Positions 7,940 through 15,617 of a stretch of DNA of 32,000 bases are shown here, piece after piece (position 1 is the stretch's first letter; each line of letters opens with the position of its first letter). The notes beneath the pieces were generated by a model, which was given only the letters and a program-made list of their open reading frames with translations, was not told where the DNA came from and ran no database searches. Made by a program: the position numbers and the translations under genes. The stretch is from the NCBI RefSeq assembly GCF_000018105.1, contig NC_009929.1:1-32000 (forward strand). Direction: 5' to 3'. The DNA comes from Acaryochloris marina MBIC11017 (lineage in GTDB: Bacteria; Cyanobacteriota; Cyanobacteriia; Thermosynechococcales; Thermosynechococcaceae).

Positions 7940-8554
7940 TCACCCCCAAACCCTCGTCACTCTCTCCCGCTCCAACCACACTCCGACCATCTCCCCAATC
8001 CGCTCCATCGTCTCCGGTGGCCTTAGCTCAATCACTTCCCCAATCTCAAAGTTCTCCTCAATTTCAACAGCGCACTCCCAACAGAACTCCGGCGTAGCAA
8101 ACGTATTCCTCACGAAAGGCTTCCCCGTCCCTGCCACCGTAATCAAGTACTCCTCAGACTCATTCTTGGAAACAGCCAGATACTCCAGCTCCCCTCGCGT
8201 CCTGGTCTGCTCAACCAAATTCTTCTGTTTCAGCTCCAGATTCTTGAATCGCCGCTCCAGCTCTGCCGACACTCTAGGGGTTCTCGGTTGACTAGTCTGG
8301 GCAGCTTCTGAGGTCTGGGTCTTGGGAGAGTACTCAGGTTTGGCTGATCGGTGAGTTCGCCTAGAACTCCGGCGTAGTCCTCCCAGCTCCTCATGCCCTT
8401 GTTCTAGCTTGGCTGGCCGGGTTCCTTCCGGTGTTTTCTTAGGAAATGCTGTCCTACTAACCAGTTTGGGCAAGGAAGGGACGGACTTAGGTAGTTGTGG
8501 GATGATGGTCTTGGGTACAAGCTTGGGGTTGAGGGCAACGATTGGGGGAGTCAT
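7940..8554 (-). CDS. Hypothetical protein (Pro/Lys-rich N-terminus, conserved C-terminal domain)
   Basis: 204-aa ORF downstream of SepF-like B. Its C-terminal ~75 aa is duplicated as the remnant at 6772..6990. Its SQPRTPRVSAELE segment recurs upstream of SepF-like A. Confidence 0.55.
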   Translation of the reverse strand: MTPPIVALNPKLVPKTIIPQLPKSVPSLPKLVSRTAFPKKTPEGTRPAKLEQGHEELGGLRRSSRRTHRSAKPEYSPKTQTSEAAQTSQPRTPRVSAELERRFKNLELKQKNLVEQTRTRGELEYLAVSKNESEEYLITVAGTGKPFVRNTFATPEFCWECAVEIEENFEIGEVIELRPPETMERIGEMVGVWLERERVTRVWG

Positions 8555-8581
8555 TGGGGAATCCTCAAATGCACTAAAGTC

Positions 8582-8860
8582 TCAATACTTGGATTGTTTC
8601 ACAATTGGAAAAGTTTGAGGAGCAAACAGATAAACACCATTTCCTATTTCTGTATATTCACCACATAAAGAGTTAGTACAACCTGCAAGATAATCACTTA
8701 TTCTCTGGGCCGATTTTGGAGATAGATTTTCTAAATTGACGAGTAGCAGTTGTCCGTTCTTCAGGCAATGTGCCGCTTCTTTAGCCTCCCTAAAAGAACT
8801 CGGATTCGACAAATATATTTCAGATGAAGATTGTCCTGGGAATATGACTAAATTGTTCAC
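8582..8860 (-). CDS. SepF-like (DUF552) domain protein, paralog B
   Basis: IYLSNPSSFREAKEAAHCLKNGQLLLVNLENLSPKSAQRISDYLAGCTNSLCGEYTEIGNGVYLFAPQTF fits the SepF domain. GTG start (a stop lies 3 codons upstream). Confidence 0.75.
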   Translation of the reverse strand: MNNLVIFPGQSSSEIYLSNPSSFREAKEAAHCLKNGQLLLVNLENLSPKSAQRISDYLAGCTNSLCGEYTEIGNGVYLFAPQTFPIVKQSKY

Positions 8861-8972
8861 AGAATGATGCTATTACTTGCTCAGAGGTATGTCTTAATTC
8901 TTCCATGAAGGAATTTGCTTTTCTTTAATCGAAAAATAAGTTTAATGTTCACATCACTTCAAAATCGCATCC

Positions 8973-9446
8973 TTAGCCTTTAGAGGGTGAAATGTGACAT
9001 AGACCTTCCTCTGCTCTCTTCAACAACATCTCCGCAGCCCCCATCTTCGCTTTCTTCTTCGATGCTCCCTAGCCTACTCCCTGTAATCCCATCGACTGCA
9101 CTAAACAACGAAACCCTTCTGATATCTCTGAAAACTCGTACCTGGGCAACGATATTTGCTGTTTCTGGCAAAGCTCTTGCAATTGTCCAATCGGATTCTC
9201 CACCTGTTCATCAACCTGGCTGTTGGGTTGATCAGGGGAGGTCTCAGGTTGCTCGGCTTCTTCCTGGCGTGGATGTAAGATATGTACCTGCTGTTCGGCC
9301 TTGCGGATAGCTCGGTTCCTAGCCCGTTCAAGGAGCCTGATCAAAGCATCTTCTGGATCATCATTGGGGTACAAATAGTCGAGAAATCCAAGCTGCTCTT
9401 CGGTTAGTAGAACGTTTAGGCTGAGGGAAGGTCGAGATTCAATCAT
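8973..9446 (-). pseudogene. dsRBD protein of module B, interrupted by an in-frame TAG (9069-9071)
   Basis: The ORF ends ...NPIGQLQELCQKQQISLPRYEFSEISEGFRCLVQSMGLQGVG-TAG. The same frame continues GASKKKAKMGAAEMLLKRAEEGLCHISPSKG-TAA, which completes a textbook dsRBD (G.G.G.SKK.AK..AA..L). The ATG overlaps the upstream stop (ATGA at 9443-9446). Confidence 0.65.
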
Positions 9447-10519
9447 ACCTGGAGAGTGGAAGACTCCAATTTAGAAAGGACTTGGTCGATGATGTTCTGA
9501 TCTTTGATTTCTGGATCAGTGATTTCCTGGTCAGTGGATTCAGTAGCGTTACTCTTAGGCGTTGAACGTTCTCCAACAGCCACAACCTTGACGGTAACGC
9601 CATCTCTATGGCAGATGAACTCATAGAGCTTTCCATCCTTGAGCGTCTCCAGGCAGTCCTCACTCACGAGCGGGGAATGCTGGCGGATATGAATCTCTGG
9701 GTCGCGCTCCTGATCCCGCTGTATCAAAACCCTTTGCTTATCTGCTCTCCATACTCCGATCAATACCCAGTTCTCTGTCTTTGCTGATGCCCGTTGCGAG
9801 GTACCTGTTAACTGCAAAGATGTAATCTGACCATTCATGATATTGGGATAACCAAACACCATGATTGGTTTGTCTAAAACTGACTTGACTTTCTTAAAGC
9901 TCTTCTTCGATAGGAAGAGTTTGATGGGTTGTCCATCAACTTCCACAAAATACAGAGACTTTGTTCTCCCATCGTCAAACTCCTTCTCTCGTACTCGAAT
10001 AATTCCGGGAATTCGGCACCAAGCCCGATGAGTGCCATTTCCAGGGAGCAGTGGAGGTTTCTCGGAAAGTTCACCTGATTTTGACTTTGATGTTGTCTTT
10101 TCTTGTTTTTGATTTTTTGAATTTGAATTCTTACTGTTAGGAGTGTCTACAGTCTTAACATGCGGCTTTTCCTGGGCTGGATTTGGGAGCTTCTTGCTCT
10201 GAGAGATTACTTCAGGTTTTGGCTCTATTTTGTTGAGTGAAGGGGGTTTCAACGTTGTTCTTTGTTTTTGTGATGCCTTCTGCCTAGATTTCCTCTCTGA
10301 TTTCTTGTGTGCAGCTTTCCGCTGAGCTACCTTGAAAGAATTCGTGTTAGTTGTCTTTAACTGGTCTATCTTGGATAACTCGATCTGGTCCTGGCCTAAG
10401 TTGAGCTGGGCTTCAAGCTTTGCAATCGTACTCTTGAGTAGCTTGGCAGCAGTGGGGTTAATACAATCCTGAAGCTGCCTTTTAAGCTGGTTCAGCTTAT
10501 CGATAGATGCAGAGGGCAT
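9443..10519 (-). CDS. Module B protein sharing the module A N-terminus but carrying a different (unknown, beta-rich) C-terminal domain
   Basis: MPSASIDKLNQLKRQLQDCINPTAAKLLKSTIAKLEAQL...RTTLKPP aligns with MPSSTLEKLSQLRSQLQQCSNPTAAKVLKSAIKKLEAQL...RTTLKPP of the RNB protein. There is an 18-nt identity CTTGGCAGCAGTGGGGTT (3167-3184 / 10442-10459). No RNB motifs are present. GGGAGG SD upstream. Confidence 0.75.
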   Translation of the reverse strand: MPSASIDKLNQLKRQLQDCINPTAAKLLKSTIAKLEAQLNLGQDQIELSKIDQLKTTNTNSFKVAQRKAAHKKSERKSRQKASQKQRTTLKPPSLNKIEPKPEVISQSKKLPNPAQEKPHVKTVDTPNSKNSNSKNQKQEKTTSKSKSGELSEKPPLLPGNGTHRAWCRIPGIIRVREKEFDDGRTKSLYFVEVDGQPIKLFLSKKSFKKVKSVLDKPIMVFGYPNIMNGQITSLQLTGTSQRASAKTENWVLIGVWRADKQRVLIQRDQERDPEIHIRQHSPLVSEDCLETLKDGKLYEFICHRDGVTVKVVAVGERSTPKSNATESTDQEITDPEIKDQNIIDQVLSKLESSTLQV

Positions 10520-10538
10520 GAGAACCTCCCTGGGATCG

Positions 10539-10565
10539 GACTTGCGGCCATTCTAGTGTAGAGAA
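10539..10565. promoter_or_regulatory. Conserved 27-bp motif in the divergent promoter region of module B
   Basis: GACTTGCGGCCATTCTAGTGTAGAGAA, 22/27 identical to 3271-3297. Confidence 0.4.
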
Positions 10566-10640
10566 TTGGGTTTTGGGGAAAGTAAAAGTTTTTTCCACGA
10601 ATCGTTACTGGCCTTTAATCTAGCCTTAAGATCAGAAATT

Positions 10641-10832
10641 ATGAATCACTTCGCTATACAAGGAATACTCCTAGAGAGATCCCTGCGATATACCCAGGAA
10701 AGACGTGCGATCGCTGAGTTTGTTGTTGAAATTAACCCTCTGAGGGAAGAAGACCCCAAGGAAAATCTCAAGGCCATCTATTGGGGAGAGAATGGGGAGA
10801 AAGCACACAATGCATTGCATACCTTAGGATAA
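10641..10832 (+). CDS. SSB-like OB-fold stub (63 aa), module B
   Basis: The ATG at 10641 gives MNHFAIQG...LRYTQERRAIAEFVVEINPLREEDPKENLKAIYWGENGE, a paralog of 3374..3568 with the same start context (ATTATGAAYCAC) and near-identical length. Confidence 0.5.
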   Translation: MNHFAIQGILLERSLRYTQERRAIAEFVVEINPLREEDPKENLKAIYWGENGEKAHNALHTLG

Positions 10833-10965
10833 ACAAACGGTACACATTTTTTATTTATTACGTATTTGTTCTATTTTTAAGGTTTCTCTAAAACTTTTTT
10901 CTCTTTATATTATTAATATTTAGGCCATGATAGACACAATATCATGACATCAAATAGGCTTCAGC

Positions 10966-11001
10966 AGAGAACTATTATTAAGTATTCAATAATAGTTCTC
11001 T
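10966..11001. repeat. Perfect 14-bp-stem hairpin at the left edge of the AT-rich island
   Basis: AGAGAACTATTATT (10966-10979) / AATAATAGTTCTCT (10988-11001), 8-nt loop. It lies immediately 3' of the minus-strand GNAT-like gene and may be its terminator, but there is no clear U-tract. Confidence 0.4.
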
Positions 11002-11013
11002 ATTATAATTGCA

Positions 11014-11559
11014 CTATTTTCTCCACAAAATATTTACGATATTAGTAAGCTCTCCTTTTGTTCCAGATAAAAATAAACCACAGGCTTTCAAACCTAGGGC
11101 ACGATGAAAGTTCTCAGATGCATGATTTCTTAGAGGACTCACAGCTGTTGCTGTAAGTGCAGTTAACCCATCAAAATTTAGAAATACGTCATCGTATAAT
11201 GCTTTTGCATATCCCATTCGCATGAATTCAGCTTTAACGGCTATTTTTGCAATCCAATAGCAATTATCTACATTTGGGTATAATTGCTCTGAATCAAACC
11301 AAATGAGAGATTCGTTATTAATTAGTAATCTACTTAAGATCTGATGCTTTGGAGGAACAACCATTACAAATCCTACTAGATTAGAATCTTGAGATAAAAC
11401 TTTTATATAGCCTGTATCATGTAAATCTTCATAAACCTTAAATGAGGCTCCGGGTAGAAAAAAACCTTTTGCATTAGCATCTTCAGAATTAGAAGGAAAA
11501 GACTTTTCTAATTCATAGCAAAAATTCAGTTCTTCAAATGATGGTGTGTAGATTTTCAT
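11014..11559 (-). CDS. GNAT-like acetyltransferase-fold protein (weak)
   Basis: Start taken at ATG 11559 (MKIYTPSFEEL...). The segment IAKIAVKAEFMRMGYAKALYDDVF resembles the GNAT motif A region. The longer ORF (to 11718) overlaps the upstream GNAT gene and was rejected. Confidence 0.5.
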   Translation of the reverse strand: MKIYTPSFEELNFCYELEKSFPSNSEDANAKGFFLPGASFKVYEDLHDTGYIKVLSQDSNLVGFVMVVPPKHQILSRLLINNESLIWFDSEQLYPNVDNCYWIAKIAVKAEFMRMGYAKALYDDVFLNFDGLTALTATAVSPLRNHASENFHRALGLKACGLFLSGTKGELTNIVNILWRK

Positions 11560-12232
11560 TATTACTATGGCTAGTCTTAAAAAATTCTCTAACCATCTTA
11601 ACTGACAATCCGGCATTGCCATTAATAAATTGGTTAGATGCCTCTCTCCATCCCATTTTCTTATAAAAACCTGAAGATTGAACTCTACAATTACACCAAA
11701 TATGTCTAAGTTGCTCATCTTTTTCTAAATCGGAAATCATAAAGTCAATTATCTTTCGACCTATTCCTTTAGATCTCCATTCAGGTGCTGTAGCCATTGC
11801 TCTTAGCTGCCAAGCTAGGAATCCATTCCAATATGACTGAATTAAAGAAACACAGCAAATATTATTTTCTTGTCTATCAAAAGCACCATAATGTCTACTT
11901 TGATAATCGTGATCTTCATTGAACATAACTTCAGTGATTGGATACCCATTTCTTAATACTTGATGCCTTAATTTAAGAATTGAGCCTACATCAGTTTTTT
12001 TGAAGTCAATTTCATTAGCTTGATGTTTTATTATTAGCCTATCATCTTTAACTAGCTGCTCGAATGTAAATGGTTCTTTTTTATATGTAAGGCGACTAAT
12101 TCCTGTTATTCTTGATAAAGTTTCAATATAGTCTTCTTGTCGAATAAGCTGATGGATTACACATCTTAGGATAGTGGGATTTTCTAGTATTGATAACCAA
12201 GCATCTCTAATCAATATTGATAAAGCCTGCAT
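11534..12232 (-). CDS. GNAT N-acetyltransferase domain protein; probable C-terminal part of an IS-split gene
   Basis: WQLRAMATAPEWRSKGIGRKIIDFMI...CNCRVQSSGFYKKMGW is a GNAT acetyl-CoA-binding motif (R/Q-x-x-G-x-G/A). The ATG at 12230-12232 abuts the IS target duplication. Confidence 0.7.
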   Translation of the reverse strand: MQALSILIRDAWLSILENPTILRCVIHQLIRQEDYIETLSRITGISRLTYKKEPFTFEQLVKDDRLIIKHQANEIDFKKTDVGSILKLRHQVLRNGYPITEVMFNEDHDYQSRHYGAFDRQENNICCVSLIQSYWNGFLAWQLRAMATAPEWRSKGIGRKIIDFMISDLEKDEQLRHIWCNCRVQSSGFYKKMGWREASNQFINGNAGLSVKMVREFFKTSHSNNENLHTII

Positions 12233-12234
12233 AA

Positions 12235-13626
12235 CCCTCTTTTATCACTTTAGACAGAGAGAAAATCAGGATGCTTGAGCAATTTCCTCACCAGTGGACA
12301 GCAAAATGCCTCCATCTTTGATGTGAGTTGCTCAAACCCCTTTTTCAAAGCACGGCTGGGAAAGACTTCTAACCAGCGCTTTAGAAGATTCCAACTGATT
12401 AACGGTTGAATGATCAAGCGCACATTATTGAGCAGATTCTTCCACCCGTTTTGGTTATCCCACCAAGGATGCTGCGCAAAGTGTTGATGTGCCACTGGAC
12501 AAGAGTCATTGAAGACATCAGCGAACAAACTCACCATCAAGAAAGCGCTCATCACTATCTCCCACCACTTTTCAATTTGTTCGTAGTGCGTCATGCGAAA
12601 ATCAGCCCAACCCAAGGTATCTTTAGACTGTTTGAGACCATACTCAATCCAAGTTCTGAAGCCATAGCAATCCCCAATTTCATCCAGCTTGATCTCGGGT
12701 GCCGCTGCCATGACATAAGAGGTTGAGTTCTCTGGTAGCGTTTGGGGGTCCGTGGTTAATAGCCAATAGCGCTTCTGGTGGTGTCGCTGGCCATAAATGA
12801 TCTCTTGCCTGTAACGAGTTTCAGTGGTGCCATTGCTGAAGGTTCGTTCAAATGACTGCCACGGTTCGGCAAAGACTGCTTGTTCTGCGGGTAACCACAC
12901 CGCATGATTGCTACGAATCGCTAGGATATAGGGCAGCTTTAACTCCTCTAAGACATTCACAAAGTTTGTTTGAGCTTCCCCATACAAGCTGTCAGCCAGG
13001 ACGAGCTCAAAGCAAAAGCCCATCCCTTGCAACTGTCGGATCATTCCAGCAGCAATTTGGGGTTTGCTGAGATACTCATCCTCCTCTTTAAGACGTTCTC
13101 GGGGTTTGTACACTTCAAAGGACAAAGGCAAAATCATCCCTTGAAACAGCCCGTAGGCAGTGACTGCGACGATGCCATTCTCTTTCTTGCCCACATTGCC
13201 GATATACTGCCGTTTCACATAGTCGGTACTCTTGCCTTTTTTGCAATCGCCCGTCTCATCGATCAATAGAATTAACCTGCGCCCATCCAGTATTTTCAAG
13301 ATGATGTCCAATCTCTTGTCAGACAAATGTGACGCTACCCAAGGTGATTCACTCAGAAAATGATGCAGGCTTTGATGGTTCTCCAAGCCCACTGCTCTTG
13401 CAATGGCGGGCAATGATTTACGTTTGATATCACTAATCATCCCCAGATGGAGATGCTTGAAGGCTTCATAACTGCGGACTTGGGGAAATAACTCTGCAAA
13501 TAGTTGGCAGTACTCATCAACAAAGCCAATGGTTGGTTCTGGACTTCTTGAAGCTGACATCACTCATTAGAAAAATAGAAACTGAGAATAGTCTATTTTT
13601 TATCTGTCTAAAGTGATAAAAGAGGG
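12235..13626 (-). mobile_element. IS701-family insertion sequence (1392 bp) with 23-bp perfect terminal IRs and a 4-bp ATAA target-site duplication
   Basis: CCCTCTTTTATCACTTTAGACAG (12235-12257) is the exact reverse complement of CTGTCTAAAGTGATAAAAGAGGG (13604-13626). It is flanked by ATAA (12231-12234) and ATAA (13627-13630). GC content is clearly higher than the surrounding AT-rich DNA. Confidence 0.85.
12250..13563 (-). CDS. IS701-family DDE transposase
   Basis: RKSLPAIARAVGLENHQSLHHFLSESPW ... LLIDETGDCKKGKSTDYVKRQYIGNVGKKENGIVAV... matches the characteristic N-terminal pattern of IS701-family transposases (from memory). It fills the IS. Confidence 0.9.
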   Translation of the reverse strand: MMSASRSPEPTIGFVDEYCQLFAELFPQVRSYEAFKHLHLGMISDIKRKSLPAIARAVGLENHQSLHHFLSESPWVASHLSDKRLDIILKILDGRRLILLIDETGDCKKGKSTDYVKRQYIGNVGKKENGIVAVTAYGLFQGMILPLSFEVYKPRERLKEEDEYLSKPQIAAGMIRQLQGMGFCFELVLADSLYGEAQTNFVNVLEELKLPYILAIRSNHAVWLPAEQAVFAEPWQSFERTFSNGTTETRYRQEIIYGQRHHQKRYWLLTTDPQTLPENSTSYVMAAAPEIKLDEIGDCYGFRTWIEYGLKQSKDTLGWADFRMTHYEQIEKWWEIVMSAFLMVSLFADVFNDSCPVAHQHFAQHPWWDNQNGWKNLLNNVRLIIQPLISWNLLKRWLEVFPSRALKKGFEQLTSKMEAFCCPLVRKLLKHPDFLSV

Positions 13627-15005
13627 ATAATGTCAGATTTGACAATTATGGAACTACGTAAAAACAAGAATACAGGTTTAATTTGAGCAATAGGATTATT
13701 AAGCAAATTACAAGAGTTGAACTTAAGATTGAAATTATAATGTGGGAATCCAATAATCGTTCTTATATTGCTATCACCATTACTCAAAGCATGCGTAACT
13801 TCATCTGGCTCCATTTCTGTTGTAGTGCTTTTTGTTAGAAGCTTAGAATTAATTAGATTCTCATATATAAAAAATTCAGTTGATGGTACTTCTTTCATTA
13901 AAAGGTATTCACCGTCCAAACTTCGTTCATTTAATTCTATATTTGAAGATAAAATCCCATGTGTCATATTTGGCATCATAAATGATGAAGTATATCTTCC
14001 TGTTTTTTCCCTTAGAAGAACACTCGCGGTAGCAAGGGTTAGAGTAAAACCATCAACTTGCCTTGAAAAATTATCGAATATTGCATTCTCAACAATTTCA
14101 ACCGAGTGAGGATGATGGTAATCAAAGGTTATATTAATATTTTTTTCTCTTAAATAAGTTAATATGGCAAGTGTTCCTGCATGAGCAGGAGAGACTACTA
14201 AATGTATTGGATTTTCGTTGATCACACGGGTTGCTTGTTCAAGGTTCCAACCTAAACGAGTCGTTCTATTAAGCTTTTTCTCTTGATCGCATACCAAAGA
14301 TTCCTTTGATTTAGTGAAAGCAAGAAAAGATGAATCATTTTCTGCATCTTTGATTCGTTTACTATATGCCGCTCTGCTAAAAATATCTGTGATATTTAGC
14401 ATTAATATAATTTCTTCAAAATAAATTTTCTCAAGCCAAATCAAATTTTCTTCAATATTGAATGGAATGGGAAATTTATTAAACCTAGTATCAATATTAA
14501 ATTTTTTCAGATGACTTATTTTTTTGATAGATGAATTTGCATAATTTTCAGGTATATTATTAAGTTGATTATCTCGTTTGTTTGATATGCTAGCCTTTTT
14601 GCTTCTATTTGATTTATTCTTTTCCCAAAGAGAGTTCACTTCATTTAGATTTATGTCTGTTTTCTTTGACCAAAGCTCTAGAGAAAAGTGCCAATCTTGA
14701 GAACCTTGCTTATTTACACGATGATCTTGAAGGATACCCAAAAAATCTTTTAGGCAATGTAGTGCATCTCTAATATCTGTTTTTTGCAAAGGGTTTCGTA
14801 AATCGTAATGGTCACACAGATATTTGAGATTATTGATTGTAGTTTTTACAATCAGTGTTTTTTCCTGAAGCCCATCTTCTTGCCAACTATATTGGATGTT
14901 TATTTTTTGAGTATGTTCAAATTCATCATTAGCGAATCTAAGTATGCATTCTAAAATTCGTAATACTCTTGTTTTTTGCGCAGGTCCATAGGAAATTCGG
15001 GGCAT
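13608..15005 (-). CDS. N-terminal part of an IS-split large ORF (unknown function); the last 6 codons and the stop are IS-derived
   Basis: 465-aa ORF in very AT-rich DNA. The C-terminal ...KSDI-IPLLSL* runs into the target duplication and IS terminus. The N-terminus (SYGPAQKTRVLRILECILRFANDE...QGSQDWHFSLELW) resembles a domain I recall at the N-termini of many cyanobacterial multidomain proteins (unverified). Confidence 0.65.
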   Translation of the reverse strand: MPRISYGPAQKTRVLRILECILRFANDEFEHTQKINIQYSWQEDGLQEKTLIVKTTINNLKYLCDHYDLRNPLQKTDIRDALHCLKDFLGILQDHRVNKQGSQDWHFSLELWSKKTDINLNEVNSLWEKNKSNRSKKASISNKRDNQLNNIPENYANSSIKKISHLKKFNIDTRFNKFPIPFNIEENLIWLEKIYFEEIILMLNITDIFSRAAYSKRIKDAENDSSFLAFTKSKESLVCDQEKKLNRTTRLGWNLEQATRVINENPIHLVVSPAHAGTLAILTYLREKNINITFDYHHPHSVEIVENAIFDNFSRQVDGFTLTLATASVLLREKTGRYTSSFMMPNMTHGILSSNIELNERSLDGEYLLMKEVPSTEFFIYENLINSKLLTKSTTTEMEPDEVTHALSNGDSNIRTIIGFPHYNFNLKFNSCNLLNNPIAQIKPVFLFLRSSIIVKSDIIPLLSL

Positions 15006-15293
15006 AAGCTAAACATCCTATAAAGTTTTGGGAAACCCTAGGGTATTTGACTTACCCCAAGGTACCTTAAAACCTACTGTCCTTGATTTTTCGTTATCCT
15101 AGCCTGAAGGTTGCAATGGGGCATATCCTCAATGGGATAGTAATGCACAGTTGTTAAGAAGATTTAGTACAAAGTATTGCTCCTGATGGTAAATGGCAGT
15201 TCCAACCAGGCTAACCAAGCTTAGGTACAGAAACTAACTATTCTGTCATCCAAGTCTTCAAGCAGCTGTAACTTTATATTTCTAGTATCGACG

Positions 15294-15617
15294 ATGTCTA
15301 TTCACAGATATGATTTGCAACTCACTGAAAACCTTTCAATTTCCAAAATAAAAATAGATCAGGAGATTCAAGTACTATCTAAATCGAATGATGCTGTAAT
15401 ATCAGAGTTCGCAGAAGCTATGCGAAAAGGGGCTGACTTTCCACCTATCACAGTTTTCTACGATGGTTCTGAATATTGGCTGGCTGACGGATTTAGTCGT
15501 ATAAAAGCCAAAGAAGCAAACGGAGACAGTTATATACTAGCTGAGGTGGAGTTTGGCTCCCGTCATGAAGCGAAACTTTATGCTGTTGTAACTAACACGA
15601 ATCAAAAATCGAATTAG
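15294..15617 (+). CDS. Truncated ParB N-terminal-domain paralog
   Basis: AEAMRKGADFPPITVFYDGSEYWLADGFSRIKAKEANGDSYILAEV aligns with AQDMKQGATFPPVIVYFDGEEYWLADGFHRVRAKEAIGETSVTAEV of 16057..17118. The DGxHR His is replaced by Ser, and the ORF stops after ~107 aa. Confidence 0.55.
   Translation: MSIHRYDLQLTENLSISKIKIDQEIQVLSKSNDAVISEFAEAMRKGADFPPITVFYDGSEYWLADGFSRIKAKEANGDSYILAEVEFGSRHEAKLYAVVTNTNQKSN

Noticed and set aside
7914-7947. Tandem 17-mer AAACTCAACTCAC(T/C)CCC x2 at the 3' end of the 7940..8554 gene
   Set aside because: There are only two copies, overlapping a stop codon. That is too little to call a repeat element or a CRISPR-like structure.
8980-9331. ORFs 8980..9171(-), 8987..9310(+) and 9101..9331(-) around the dsRBD locus. 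I first suspected a frameshift into the 8980..9171 frame.
   Set aside because: Re-reading the codons showed that the dsRBD continuation (GASKKKAKMGAAEMLL) is in the same frame directly after the TAG, not in the 8980..9171 frame. The other ORFs have no protein-like signal.
11560-11718. N-terminal extension of ORF 11014..11718
   Set aside because: It overlaps the end of the upstream GNAT gene by ~185 nt in another frame. The internal ATG at 11559 gives a sensible start.
12406-13269. Plus-strand ORFs antisense to the transposase (12406..12726, 12852..13070, 12970..13269)
   Set aside because: They are nested in a well-supported transposase gene on the opposite strand.
13768-14109. 113-aa plus-strand ORF in the AT-rich island
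   Set aside because: It is antisense to the 465-aa ORF, and its composition is typical of off-strand AT-rich sequence.
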